Assembly (NCBI GenBank): GCA_963716725.1
Contig: CAVQUB010000032.1
Location: 128,001 to 192,000, forward strand
Direction of reading: 5' to 3'
DNA: 64,000 nt
Source of the DNA: an uncultured delta proteobacterium
Lineage (GTDB): Bacteria > Myxococcota_A > Polyangia > Polyangiales > Polyangiaceae
The translations under genes were made by a program, and so were the position numbers. The notes under the pieces were generated by a model. It saw only the letters and a program-made list of their open reading frames with translations, had not been told where the DNA came from and did not search any database. Below, one piece after another: positions 41,367-54,628 of this stretch (positions within the stretch are counted from its first letter, which is position 1; every line of letters starts with the position of its first letter).

Positions 41367-41409
41367 ACGCCCGGCCGATCGCCCGGTGACCGGAGTCATC
41401 GGGCCCCTT

Positions 41410-41450
41410 CACCCCCGCTGGGATCTCTCCGGCGGGGGTGCGCCTCTTTT
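41410..41450 (+). terminator. Intrinsic terminator-like hairpin
   Basis: CACCCCCGCTGG-N7-CCGGCGGGGGTG followed by a short T run. Confidence 0.55.
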
Positions 41451-41655
41451 GTGCGCGAGCACGAAATCCTTTCGCGAGGCTGGCGCCCGCGGCGCTCGGC
41501 ACCAGACATAGGCCGCGGCCGGCCATTTCAAGCTCGCGTCCCAGCCCATCTTCGCGGTAACACTCGGCCGCGACTCGCCGCAGTCTGCCCAGCCGGGCAT
41601 GGCCGCGGCTGCCCGCCAGCGACGCTCGGAGAGTCGAGCCTGGAAGAATCATCCC

Positions 41656-42324
41656 ATGGCGAAAGCGATCACGCTCCTGGACACGACGATCGGTAAGAAG
41701 GTCGTCATGGCGGTGACGGGTCTCGTCCTGTACGGGTTCGTCGTCGCGCACATGCTGGGCAACCTTCAGGTCTTCATGGGCCCGGAGCAGCTCAACGGGT
41801 ATGCGAAGAAGTTGCACGACCTCGGGCCCCTGCTCTGGGCCGCCCGGGCAGTGCTCGTGGTTGCGGTGGTGCTGCACGTGCTGATGGCGGTGCAGCTGGT
41901 CTCACGCAGCGCAGCCGCGCGACCCATCGGCTACCGTCAGAAGAAGAACCCGACCACGACCTACGCCGCGCTCACCATGAAATTTGGCGGGCTCGCGCTG
42001 ATGCTCTTCATCCTGTACCACCTGGCGCACTTCACCTTTCCTGGGGTGTCGATGGCCGCCGGCTACAAACACAGCCCGACGGACGTCTACGCAAACGTGA
42101 TCGCGGGCTTCAGGGTGCCTTGGGTCAGCGCGATCTACGTGGTGGCGCAGATCTTCCTTGGCATGCACCTCTACCACGGTGCGTTCAGCCTGTTTCAGAC
42201 GCTGGGGCTCAGCCACCCGCGCTACATCGACAAAGCCAGGTTCGTCGCGCAGACCCTCGGGATCGCGGTGGCCGCAGCCAACGTCGCCATGCCCGTCGCG
42301 GTCGTGGCGGGCGTCGTGAAGTGA
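41656..42324 (+). CDS. sdhC: Succinate dehydrogenase cytochrome b subunit
   Basis: [27 protein letters not shown]; five TM segments. Confidence 0.92.
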   Translation: MAKAITLLDTTIGKKVVMAVTGLVLYGFVVAHMLGNLQVFMGPEQLNGYAKKLHDLGPLLWAARAVLVVAVVLHVLMAVQLVSRSAAARPIGYRQKKNPTTTYAALTMKFGGLALMLFILYHLAHFTFPGVSMAAGYKHSPTDVYANVIAGFRVPWVSAIYVVAQIFLGMHLYHGAFSLFQTLGLSHPRYIDKARFVAQTLGIAVAAANVAMPVAVVAGVVK

Positions 42325-42335
42325 GGGAGAGAGCC

Positions 42336-44270
<1,935 letters not shown>

Positions 44271-44289
44271 GGAAGGCGAAGAAGCTCAC

Positions 44290-45078
<789 letters not shown>

Positions 45079-45085
45079 GGCCCGT

Positions 45086-45812
45086 TCAGAACGCCAAGGC
45101 GCCGCTCCAGGTGAAGGAGCGCTCGCCCAAGAGCGACGTTTCAAAGCGGAGGTCCAGGCCCCCGGTGGCGTCTGCGCCGACCCCGAAGCCCACCGCGTAG
45201 TGGTGCTGGTCGCTGCCGATACGCGTTCTCGCCGTCGCGCTCGAACTGAACGGGACCGCCGAAGGCGCGGGCGAGGGCGAAGGGACGGAGTCGCTCGAAG
45301 AGCGTGACGCCGACCTCGGCGCCGAGCCGAAGATCGGATGCCGAGAGCGTCGACTCATCGCCGGTAGCGGTCGCTTCGATGCGCGCTCGCGAAAAACCCA
45401 TCGAGAGCGTGGTGACGGCGAAGAGCTGCCCGTCCGCGCCGCCGAGCATGCGGTAGGCCCCGGTCACGCTTGCGAGCCAGCCCGCGCCCACCGAATAGCT
45501 CCGACCCTCTCCCTCGAGCTCACCGCCCGCGAGCAGGCCGCCGGACACCACGACGGCGGTGCGTTCGCCGAGGCGCCGCCCAAAGCTCAGCACGTACGAA
45601 CTCTGGCGCAGCGTGTAGTCGGCGTCTTCGACGCGCAGCTCGGAGCTGAAGGTCGCAGCCCCAACCGCCGCGAGCCAAAGGCGTTCGTCGGCGCTCGCAC
45701 TCGCCGCGCACCCCGTCGGACCGACGGGCGCCGCGAGCCCTCAAGCCCGCGCGGGACGCGAAACGCCCAGTCCGCCCATCACGACGGCGGTCAGGAGCAG
45801 ATGTGAACGCAT
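45086..45812 (-). CDS. Candidate selenoprotein: exported beta-barrel-like protein with in-frame TGA at codon 24 (one 1-nt frameshift near 45227)
   Basis: MRSHLLLTAVVMGGLGVSRPARA-TGA-GLAAPVGPTGC continues in frame into the 45141-45593 ORF; SECIS-like hairpin; C-terminal Phe. Confidence 0.65.
45700..45743 (-). promoter_or_regulatory. Putative bacterial SECIS element
   Basis: UGAGGGCUCGCGGCGCCCGUC-GGUCC-GACGGG; stem C16-C21/G27-G32, loop G22-G23-U24-C25. Confidence 0.6.
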
Positions 45813-45944
45813 GGCTGCCTAGAGTGGTGGTGGCCAACGGCAGCGTCAATCTTCGAGCGCACCTCCTGGTCGAGCCTCGGGCGAAGCCGGTAAGTGCATC
45901 GCGCGGCGGCTTGAAGCCGGGTTCCCGCCGTGTTTTCTCAGCCC

Positions 45945-47024
45945 ATGCCCAAGCCCCCGCCCGCCAAAGTCGTGCAGATCGCCGAGAAGGCCCGGAACGG
46001 TCTGCGTTCCCTGGAGCGGAAGCTGGCGCCTCCGGAGATCGGACTGCTCGGCTTCGTCAGCGACCTCTGGGGATTTCAAATCGTGTACACCTTGGCCGAG
46101 CTGCGGGTCGTCGACGCCCTCAAGGGCGGGCCGAGGCGAGCCGAGGCCGTCGCCACGGAGATCGGCGTGGACTCCGATCACCTGTACCGATTGCTGCGCG
46201 CCGCTACCCACTTCGACATCGTTCGCGAAGAACCCGATCGCAGATTCTCGCTCTTGCCGATGGGGGTCGCGCTCTGCGACGTGGAGAACGAGAGCTTTCG
46301 GGACTTCCTGATCCTGGAGGGCCGCGTGGGCTGGAGATTCTGGGGGCGCTTGAAGGACTCCGTGCGCCAGGGCAAGACCGCCATCGAGATCGAGACGGGC
46401 AAGAAGTCCTTCGAGTACTTCGTAGGCGACGAGAACGCACGGCACGTCTTCAACCGCGCGATGACCGCCATCAGCGCGGTCTCCGCCGAGGCGTTCGTGG
46501 CTGCCTACGATCTCTCCGGATTCAAGCACATCGTCGACGTCGGCGGCGGGCTCGGTCGGCTGCTCTCGGCCGTGCTGGTGCAAGCTCCGCTTGCCAAGGG
46601 CGTCTTGTTCGACCTTCCCGAGGTCGTGGCTGACGCGCCGCCGGTGCTCGAGGCGCTCGGCGTGAGGTCGAGGGTCGAGATCGTCGGTGGCAGCTTCTTC
46701 GAGTCGGTACCGGCGGGCGGGGAGCTCTACGTGATGAAGTCGATCATCCACGATTGGGCCGACGACGAAGCGCTGAAGATCCTGGAAAATGTCCGGCGCG
46801 CCGCGACTCCGACCTCGAAGCTCGTGCTCTACGAGACGGTGGTGACGCCGCCGAACGTGAAGCACTTCGCCAAGCTGCTCGACATCGAGATGATGGTGCA
46901 CGCGGGGGGGCGCGAGCGGACTCGTGATGAATACGCGGCGCTCTTCGGCAAGGCGGGGTTCCGCCTGTCGCGGCTGATCCCATCGGCGGGCCCGGCCAGC
47001 GTGATCGAAGCGGTCCCAGGTTGA
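45945..47024 (+). CDS. SAM-dependent O-methyltransferase with dimerisation domain
   Basis: VDVGGGLG, FDLPEV, GSFFESVP, KSIIHDW, GGRERT. Confidence 0.9.
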   Translation: MPKPPPAKVVQIAEKARNGLRSLERKLAPPEIGLLGFVSDLWGFQIVYTLAELRVVDALKGGPRRAEAVATEIGVDSDHLYRLLRAATHFDIVREEPDRRFSLLPMGVALCDVENESFRDFLILEGRVGWRFWGRLKDSVRQGKTAIEIETGKKSFEYFVGDENARHVFNRAMTAISAVSAEAFVAAYDLSGFKHIVDVGGGLGRLLSAVLVQAPLAKGVLFDLPEVVADAPPVLEALGVRSRVEIVGGSFFESVPAGGELYVMKSIIHDWADDEALKILENVRRAATPTSKLVLYETVVTPPNVKHFAKLLDIEMMVHAGGRERTRDEYAALFGKAGFRLSRLIPSAGPASVIEAVPG

Positions 47025-47034
47025 TGCCGACGCC

Positions 47035-47370
47035 TCAGCGCACCTTGCCGCCAGCCCGGATGGCCGCGACCGGGTAGGTGCCCACGACGTTCCTGAGCTG
47101 CTGCAGCTGGGTGGCCGGGATTTCTCCGCGCACCACCACCAGCCGAGCGCGTCGGTCTTCCACCACCACTTTGAAGCGTGCGGCCGGCAGGCGTGGCCGG
47201 CGCACGACGTCGCCCAGGTCGTCGAGCAGGCGCTGGGGCATACGCCCACGAACCGCCCGCGGCACACCGTCGACCACGTCGATCACGAACAGCTCGTTCG
47301 ACCGAGCGATCGCGATGATCAGCGGTGTCGCCAGCAAGGCTAAGATCACGAGGCCGAGCCAGGCGGTCAC
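47035..47370 (-). CDS. DUF3634-like small membrane protein
   Basis: TM, then RSNELFVIDVVDG...QQLRNVVG. Confidence 0.65.
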   Translation of the reverse strand: MTAWLGLVILALLATPLIIAIARSNELFVIDVVDGVPRAVRGRMPQRLLDDLGDVVRRPRLPAARFKVVVEDRRARLVVVRGEIPATQLQQLRNVVGTYPVAAIRAGGKVR

Positions 47371-47426
47371 CCCAGGGTGCGTAACACGATTGTGCGCGGT
47401 CGGGGCCCCGGGAGATACTCACGGCC

Positions 47427-47714
47427 ATGAGTGACGCAGGCAAGATCATCCTGGCGCGGCGCGCGCGCTTCGTCGCGGCGGCGCTGGCGTCCGTGGCCTT
47501 GGGCTCGTCGTGCGCCAGAGATCGCGGCCACGGTCCCGTGCAGTGCCTGTCGCCGCTGGCGGATCCCCAAGAAGACGGCGGTCCGCCTCCCGAGCCCTGT
47601 CTAGAGCCGCCCAATCCCCCGGAGGTCTGCCTCTCGCAGGTGCCGCCGCCCGAGGTGTGCCTCGAAGCGCCGGAGCAGCCCGGCGACAACTTCGCGAAGC
47701 CGCCGCCGGGCTAG
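47427..47714 (+). CDS. Small Pro-rich putative lipoprotein with four PxxCL repeats
   Basis: RRARFVAAALASVALGSSC leader; PVQCL, PEPCL, PEVCL, PEVCL. Confidence 0.65.
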   Translation: MSDAGKIILARRARFVAAALASVALGSSCARDRGHGPVQCLSPLADPQEDGGPPPEPCLEPPNPPEVCLSQVPPPEVCLEAPEQPGDNFAKPPPG

Positions 47715-48895
47715 TCTGGACTCGTCCACGCGCACAAGAAGCGGATCAGCGCCCGCGTGCGCAAGAGCACCGTCGGCATCTCGATCTGCTCGTCGTGGGT
47801 GTGGAAGCCCCGTCCGCGCGGGCCGAGCCCGTCGATCACCGGAACGCCGAGGGCTGCCACGTCGTTTGCGTCCGAGCCACCACCGAGCAGCGGGCTCTCA
47901 CTGTCGCCGAGGGTCTCGGCAGCGGCGCATGCGGCGTAGCGACGATACAACGCCACTGATGGGTCGCTTCTTTCCAGGGGTGGTCGCCGCACGCCACCCT
48001 CCAGCTCGATGCGCGCGCCGCTCCCTCGCGCGATCTTCTCGGCAGCGGCGCCGAGCTCGGTCATCACTCGACCGCCATCGGCGCGCTGCACGATGCGGAA
48101 GTCGAGGACGCACTCCGCGTGGTCGGGCACCGTGTTCTTGCTGCTGCCGCCGGTGATGGTGCCGACGTTCACGGTCACGCCGCGTTCGTAGTCGGTGAGG
48201 GACTGCGCGGCATCGACGAAGCGGGCCAGCGCCCAGATGGCGTTCGTGCCGTCGGCATGCGCGTTGCCCGCGTGGGCCGCTTTGCCGCGCGCGCGCGCCG
48301 TGACGCTGCCGGTGCCCTTGCGCGCCGTGATGATGGCGTCGGTGGGACGACCTGCCTCGAAGACCAGCGCAGCCCGGGCGCCCTTGGCCCACTCTGCGGT
48401 GAAGGCACGCGAATCCGGTGAGCCGACCTCTTCGTCGCTCACGCACACGAAGGCGAGCGGGATCTCGGCGAGCACCCCGCTGGCGGACAGCGCCGAGAGC
48501 GCGGCGTGCACCGTGGCGATGCCTCCCTTCATGTCCAACACTCCTGGGCCGCGTGCTCGCGATCCGTCCTCGTGCCAGCCCTGGAACGTCCCCGGAGGGA
48601 ACACCGTGTCGTGATGGCCCAAGAGCAGCAGACGCGCTTCGGGCGCGCGGTCCCAGGCCGGAGTGCGGAAGCAGAGGTGATCGCCGAAGCCGCGTCCCGC
48701 GCGCGCATCGAGCGCCAGCTCGGGCAGGCCGAATGCATTCTGGAGCAGCGCCCCCATGGCGTTCACCTGGTCGATCTCGGCGGTGAAAGAGTCGCGCTCG
48801 ACCCAGCGGCGCAGGAGCGTCAGAGTCTCAGCCTGGTGGCGGTCGGCGTGGCTCAGGGGAGCGTCGGGCGCAGGCACGCCGCGAGCATAGTCCAT
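47711..48895 (-). CDS. M20 metallopeptidase (carboxypeptidase G2-like)
   Basis: GHHDTVF, GPGVLDMKGG, DEEVGS, GGSDAN, HTHDE. Confidence 0.9.
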   Translation of the reverse strand: MDYARGVPAPDAPLSHADRHQAETLTLLRRWVERDSFTAEIDQVNAMGALLQNAFGLPELALDARAGRGFGDHLCFRTPAWDRAPEARLLLLGHHDTVFPPGTFQGWHEDGSRARGPGVLDMKGGIATVHAALSALSASGVLAEIPLAFVCVSDEEVGSPDSRAFTAEWAKGARAALVFEAGRPTDAIITARKGTGSVTARARGKAAHAGNAHADGTNAIWALARFVDAAQSLTDYERGVTVNVGTITGGSSKNTVPDHAECVLDFRIVQRADGGRVMTELGAAAEKIARGSGARIELEGGVRRPPLERSDPSVALYRRYAACAAAETLGDSESPLLGGGSDANDVAALGVPVIDGLGPRGRGFHTHDEQIEMPTVLLRTRALIRFLCAWTSPD

Positions 48896-48945
48896 GGGTT
48901 CCGCCCGTGCTTGAGCGGCCGGCCCGAGAATGCGAAAGTCGCGTC

Positions 48946-49485
48946 ATGAAGACCGCGACGATCACCCGAGAGGCTTTGTGGGGACTGGCTGCGCTGTCGC
49001 TCGCGCTCCTGGCCTGCAAGAAGGACAAGTCCGAAGCGCCCACCACGGAGGGCACCGGCTCGCCCAAGGGTGGCTCGGTCACCATCAGCGGCGACCAGGG
49101 TTCCATCAAGGTTCAAGGCAGCGCTGGCAGCGCTGGCGTCACCGTGGAAACGGACAAGGGCAAGGTCGAGGTCGGCAATACCGGCGGCGACTGCAAAGCG
49201 GGTCAGGCGTGCAACTGCAGCGGGATGGGCAACTGCACCAAGACCTGCTCGGGTGCCGGCTGTGAGTTCTCTGCAAACGGCATGGGCAACACCACCTTCA
49301 AGTGCCCGGACGGCAAGTGCACCGCAAAGAGCAGCGCCATCGGCAACGTGACTCTCGACTGCAAGGGCGGGGGCTGCACCCTCGAGTGCTCCGGCACTGG
49401 GAACTGCACGCTGACCGGCTGCAGCTCGGGCTGCTCGGTGAAGTGCAAAGGCGTCGGTACCTGTAGCTGCGCGAGCGGTTGCTGA
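48946..49485 (+). CDS. Cys/Gly repeat lipoprotein
   Basis: LLAC lipobox; ~20-aa repeats of xGxGNxTxxCxxxxC. Confidence 0.75.
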   Translation: MKTATITREALWGLAALSLALLACKKDKSEAPTTEGTGSPKGGSVTISGDQGSIKVQGSAGSAGVTVETDKGKVEVGNTGGDCKAGQACNCSGMGNCTKTCSGAGCEFSANGMGNTTFKCPDGKCTAKSSAIGNVTLDCKGGGCTLECSGTGNCTLTGCSSGCSVKCKGVGTCSCASGC

Positions 49486-49492
49486 CCGGAAC

Positions 49493-50107
49493 TCACGCGG
49501 GCCGTTCGAGGCCAGGTGGGAGCGTTGCGGCAAAGGACGGGCGACGACTGATGGCGGCGTGCCAGCGATCGAGGTCTGGAAAACCGGCGCGCCAAGCGTG
49601 GGGGTAGCGAAAGTCCAGGTAGTCGAGGGCCGCGCCGAGGGCGATGTCGGCCAGGCTGAAGGCATCGACTAGGTACTCTGCGCCTCCGACGCGTTCGTTC
49701 GCCCAGGACAGCGCCCGCGTGACCTTGCCTTCTTGGTGAGCGAGCGCCGTCTTGGACTGGTGTTCCGGCGCCCGGCGCAGCTCGATCATCCGAGTGACGA
49801 CCGCGTCCATCAGGCCGTCAGCGAGTCCCTGCCAGCGCAATACCTGCCAGCGCTCCTCGCCCTCCGCGGGGATCAGTGTCGGCGAGCGCGACCGATCGAG
49901 CCACTCGAGGATGACGGGCGAGTCGAAGAGCGCGGAGCCGTCGTCCCGCAGCATGACCGGCACCTTTCCCAGGGGATTCAGCCCGGAGACTGGGCTATTC
50001 GGCGCATTCGGATCGTCCACCACCAGCTCGCAGGGGATCGATTTTTCAGCGACCAAGATGCGGATCTTGCGAGCAAAGGGCGAGGTCAGCGAGGCGTAGA
50101 GCTTCAT
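49493..50107 (-). CDS. Glutathione S-transferase
   Basis: SPFARK, NPLGKVP, FDSPVI, FSLADIA. Confidence 0.9.
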   Translation of the reverse strand: MKLYASLTSPFARKIRILVAEKSIPCELVVDDPNAPNSPVSGLNPLGKVPVMLRDDGSALFDSPVILEWLDRSRSPTLIPAEGEERWQVLRWQGLADGLMDAVVTRMIELRRAPEHQSKTALAHQEGKVTRALSWANERVGGAEYLVDAFSLADIALGAALDYLDFRYPHAWRAGFPDLDRWHAAISRRPSFAATLPPGLERPA

Positions 50108-50183
50108 GCGCCCAAGATACGCCGAGTTCGCAAGGGGGAAGACCCAAGACGCCCTCTGCACGTACAACTCGGGCGAGGCATCG

Positions 50184-52152
50184 ATGAACCTGCAACGTCT
50201 CCTGCTGCTCTCCGCCCTTTCGTTGTCCCTGGCAGCCGCGGGCTGCCGCAAGAAGACCCCCACCGTCGGTCCAGGCGACGCGGGGCCGATCGCCGCGACG
50301 GATGCGGGGGTCCCCCAGGTGGTCGAGGCGGCCACCCGCCCGAGCATCCAGGCCTTCGCCTCCGGCGCGGAGCTCGAGACGTTCTTGAAGGAGCTGCTCG
50401 AGGCGCAGAAGCGTGACCGCGGTCGCGTCGAACGGCGCGCCAAAGGGGAGTCGCTCGGGACACCGCCACCATCGCCTGCGCCCGCTGCGGCCGCACCCGA
50501 AGCTGCCGCCGACTCGAAGGAAGCCGAGTCGGTCACCAACGTCCAACATGCGGGGGTGGACGAGGGCGGGATCGTCAAGCTGCACGGGGACTACCTGGTC
50601 GTGCTGCGCCGCGGACGCCTGTTCACAGTCAAGGTCGGCGACGCATCATTGGCACCGGTCTCGACCGTCGATGCCTTCGGTCCCGACGTCGATCCGCGCG
50701 GCGCTTGGTACGACGAGATGCTGCTGTCCGGAAACACCATCGTGGTGATTGGCTTCAGCTATCAGCGCGGTGGCACCGAGATCGCCGTCTTCGATCTCGG
50801 TGGCGACGGGCGCATCGCCTACCGCTCGACGCACCACTTGCGCTCGAACGATTACTACTCGTCGCGCAACTACGCGAGCCGCCTGATCGGTAAGAAGCTG
50901 GTGTTCTACACCCCGCTTCACATGTCGCTGACCGACTCCGATCTCTACGGATCGTTCCCGGCGATTCGCCGCTGGCGGTCGGGGGTCACCGCGGCAGACT
51001 TCAAGCGCATCGTGGAGCCGACGCGGGTGTATCGCCCGCTGGTCTCGTCGCCGTCACTCACCCTGCACACGGTCACGAGTTGCGATCTGTCCGCGCCGGA
51101 TCTCGAGTGCAGCTCTACGGCGGTGATGGGGCCGAACGGTCGCGTGTTCTACGTGTCGCCCGGCGCAGTCTACGTGTGGATGACGGAGGGGAACCGGCGT
51201 GGGCAGGCCTCGGTGCCACGGTCCATCGTGTATCGAATGCCCCTCGACGGCGCCGCCCCGACGGCGATCCGAGCCGTCGGCAGCCCCGTCGATCAGTTCT
51301 CGTTCCTCGAGGGCGACGGGCATCTGAACGTGGTGGTCCGAGCAGACGCGGCCGGCGATGGCATGTGGCGGGCGGAAGTGACCCGCGGCGACGTCGCATT
51401 GCTCCGTGTTCCCACGGCCGCTTTCAGCATCGAAGCTCGCGAGGCGGAGCGCTCGAGCTACGCCGGGCTGCCACGACCGCGTGGCTACACGTTCCAGAAT
51501 CGTTTCGTGGGAGCGCACCTGCTCTACGGCACCGGTTCGGGGTGGGGACGTCCGCAGGAGGGCAGCGGGATGCTGTACGCCTATCGGTACGCGGGAGGCA
51601 GCGAGCCCGTATCGCTCGACCTCGGCCACGGCGTGGATCGCATCGAGGCCCTGGGACGCGACGCGCTGGTGGTGGGAACCGACGGTCGCGACCTGCACTT
51701 CTCGCCCATCGCCCTGTCGGACCGCCCGGGCGTCGTTCCTCGTTACACTCGGCAGGGCGCTTCCCAAGGGGAGCTTCGAAGCCACGGCTTCTTCTACAAA
51801 CCGGACTCTCCGAACGGCGGCTTGGTGGGGTTGCCGGTGCGGTCGGCTGGACGCCCCGGCTCGGCGCACCTGCGGGAGGGCTCGGCCTCGATCTTGTTCC
51901 TGCGCAACGACGCGCTTCGGCTCACCGAGCTCGGCGATTTCGGCCTCACGCTCCGAAGGGGTCATCGCGGACAACTGCCGGGCCTCCTGCGTCGACTGGT
52001 ACGGCAACGCGCGGCCGCTCTTCTTCCAAGGGCGAGTGCTCGCGCTTCTGGGCTACGAGATCGTGGAGGGCGAGCTCGCTGGCGGCCGGATTCGAGAAAA
52101 ACGCCGGGTGAGCTTCGCGCCCAGCGGCAGCGCGCTAACCATCGCGAAGTGA
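50184..52152 (+). CDS. Secreted beta-propeller domain lipoprotein (frameshift near 51940)
   Basis: AAGC lipobox; TNVQHAGVDEGGIVK; C-terminus CRASCVDWYGNARP lies in another frame. Confidence 0.75.
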
Positions 52153-52165
52153 TTCGTCCCCGGAC

Positions 52166-52678
52166 TCAGCCGCACTCTGCTTTGCACTTCGTATCGGCGC
52201 AGCCCACCGCGGCCTCGTACTTCAGTTTGCCCTCGGGGAACTGCGAGTCGCAGTCTGAAAAGCAAGCCGCCAGGCCGGCGTCGCCGCCGTCGCCCGGGTC
52301 GATGGCGCAGCCGATGATGCAGTTGACGTAGCTGTCGTCGCAGATGGGCGACTGGGTGCAAGCGTTCACGAGCTCGCAACACTTCTGCTCGGCGCAGGCG
52401 TTGCAGACGGCGTCCTTCGACGAGTAGGGCGTGACGAGCTTGCAGGTCGAGGCGTCGGGCCCAGCGTCCGTCGAGCCCGCGCTGCCACCGGTCGCGCTGC
52501 TGCCACCGGTCGCGCTGCTGCCACCGGTCGCGCTGCTGCCACCGGTCGCGCTGCTGCCACCGGTCGCGCTGCTGCCGCCTCCGCCCGACGATGAGCCGCC
52601 CGAGCTTTCCGAGGAGCACGCACTGACGCCAGCGCCCAAGGCCACGAGCGCCCATCCCAAACCGGATCCTCGCTTCAT
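52166..52678 (-). CDS. Cys-rich lipoprotein
   Basis: VSAC lipobox, (GSSATG)n linker, Cys-rich domain. Confidence 0.75.
   Translation of the reverse strand: MKRGSGLGWALVALGAGVSACSSESSGGSSSGGGGSSATGGSSATGGSSATGGSSATGGSSATGGSAGSTDAGPDASTCKLVTPYSSKDAVCNACAEQKCCELVNACTQSPICDDSYVNCIIGCAIDPGDGGDAGLAACFSDCDSQFPEGKLKYEAAVGCADTKCKAECG
52481..52570 (+). repeat. 18-bp coding tandem repeat x5
   Basis: GCTGCCACCGGTCGCGCT x5. Confidence 0.92.
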
Positions 52679-52734
52679 CACCCGGGCATCATCGCAGAGC
52701 TGTGTCGCCGGGAACAGCGCTTCAGCGCGCGAGC

Positions 52735-53397
52735 TCAGCGACGAGCCGGGGGCACGTCCACGATCGTGACGCTTCTCGTCGCCACGTCGAAGTCCACGAC
52801 CGTGGGCGCGCGCTCGCACTCCCACGTAGTCACGTTGGCGAAGCAGGTCTCGCCCACCTGCCAGGCGCCGCCGTCCTCGTGGATGTGGCCGAAGAGGTGC
52901 AGTCGAGGTCTGACGACTTCGATCCGGGCGAGGAGATCGGCGCAGCCCTCGCGCCGGTCGGTGGTCGTGTGATCGCCGATGCCGCTCGGCGGACCGTGGG
53001 TCACGAGCACGTCGACGTCGTCGGGCATGCGCGCCCAGTGCTCTGCCAGCGCCGGGCCGCGAGGTAGGTTGAAGGCCCACGCGCAGAACTCGGGCTGCCA
53101 GGGGCTACCCCAGAAGCGCACGCCGCCGATCTCGATCGCTTCGTCTTCCAAGTAGCGCACGCCCGGGCCCAGCAAGCGCAGCGCGGCCGGTTTGTCGCGC
53201 GCGAAGGCCCAGTCGTGGTTGCCGGCCACCACGATCTTCTGCCGGTGTGGCAGCTCGGCGATCCAATCGAGCGCGATGGCGAGCTCTCGGATGTGCCCGC
53301 TCTGGCACAGGTCGCCTGCATGCACGAACACGTCCCCGTCGGGGATGCTGAGCTCGCGATGGTAGAGGTGGGTGTCCGCGACGGCGACGATGCGCAT
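52735..53397 (-). CDS. Calcineurin-like metallophosphoesterase
   Basis: DTH, HAGD, AGNHD, THGPP, FGHIH. Confidence 0.92.
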   Translation of the reverse strand: MRIVAVADTHLYHRELSIPDGDVFVHAGDLCQSGHIRELAIALDWIAELPHRQKIVVAGNHDWAFARDKPAALRLLGPGVRYLEDEAIEIGGVRFWGSPWQPEFCAWAFNLPRGPALAEHWARMPDDVDVLVTHGPPSGIGDHTTTDRREGCADLLARIEVVRPRLHLFGHIHEDGGAWQVGETCFANVTTWECERAPTVVDFDVATRSVTIVDVPPARR

Positions 53398-53675
53398 CAG
53401 TGACGATGCACCGTGTAGTGGCGGATGCGCGCACCGTCAATCACGCGCCGGCGGCCCATGGCCACCGAGCAGGCTCTGCGGTAGACGCTGGGGGACCATG
53501 TTGAAGCTGGAGACGGAACGTGACGCAACCCAGTGGGTCTACGCCGCCAAGGCCCTGGCGACGGGCGGCGGCTGGTCCTAATGGTTCCGCGCGGCGGGTC
53601 TCGACGGTCCCGAGGTCACCCTGCTCGACACGCAGCAGCTCTTGGTGGGGCGGAAACGCGAGATCGTGCCGACGC

Positions 53676-54599
53676 TCACGGGCACTCGCAGGCCTTGATG
53701 CCGGGCACCTCGCTGTCCTTGCAGACGTAGCGCTTGCAGAAGGCGTCGCCGCCGCCGCAGTCGCGAGTGGTGGTGCAGGTTCGGCGGGAGTTGGCGGTGT
53801 CCACGTAATTTGTGCACAGCGAGCCCAGGACCTGGAGTTGGCAGTGCTCGCCGGCGAGGCAGTCCTTGGAGCTGGTGCAGCGGTATCGGGGCGTACCGGA
53901 CTCGCACCCGCTCGGCTCGCGGCAACTCGGCGGGTCGCCGCAACAAGCGCTCTTGGCTCCGGTGCAGCGCTGGTTGCCGCAGCTCAGGGTCACGGCCTTC
54001 TTGCACGCGCCGTCGATGCACTCGGCTCCCGGCACGCGGCAGGTGCCGCTGTTCACGCAGATCTCGCTGAAGTCGCAGGGTGAGCGCTTCGGATCTTTGA
54101 TCGGCACGCAGACATCGGCCGAGGCGCCGCCGTACATGTTCGTCCCGCAGCACGCTTCACCCTTGCCGCAGTCCGTTGACTCGTCGCAGCGCCGGATTTC
54201 CGTCAGGCTGTACTTCTGCTTCAGCTCGGTGCAGGCGTCGATCTGTGCGGCGAGCACCTGCACGCGGTCGCCCGGTCCGGGCGGCACGCTCGCGATGCAC
54301 ACGCCCGTGTCCGAGAACACGCAGCAGCTCTCGCTGCCGGCCTTGCAGCGCGCATTCTTACAGGAGAAGACGTCCGGGTTGCTCTGTCGCGGGAGCGCGA
54401 GCGCTGCGTCGGCGACGTCTCCGGCGTCAAGCACGGTCGGGCCAGCTTCGAGGCGGTTGGGCGTCGGCGCGGTCGCCGCCGGAAGCGCGACCACGGTCTC
54501 GGGGCTGCGCCCCGTCGCGGGCTCCGGGCGGCAAGCGGTGAACGCCCAGAGAAGGAAGCAGGCCCAGCGAGCGAGCATCATGGCCGCGGATGATGGCAC
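53676..54599 (-). CDS. Cys-rich lipoprotein
   Basis: FTAC lipobox; many Cys modules. Confidence 0.7.
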   Translation of the reverse strand: MPSSAAMMLARWACFLLWAFTACRPEPATGRSPETVVALPAATAPTPNRLEAGPTVLDAGDVADAALALPRQSNPDVFSCKNARCKAGSESCCVFSDTGVCIASVPPGPGDRVQVLAAQIDACTELKQKYSLTEIRRCDESTDCGKGEACCGTNMYGGASADVCVPIKDPKRSPCDFSEICVNSGTCRVPGAECIDGACKKAVTLSCGNQRCTGAKSACCGDPPSCREPSGCESGTPRYRCTSSKDCLAGEHCQLQVLGSLCTNYVDTANSRRTCTTTRDCGGGDAFCKRYVCKDSEVPGIKACECP

Positions 54600-54628
54600 G
54601 GCTCCACGGCGTTGGTGGATCGGCTAGA

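Noticed and set aside
53499..53660. Possible methyltransferase C-terminal remnant
   Set aside because: Very short, interrupted by TAA, similarity only impressionistic
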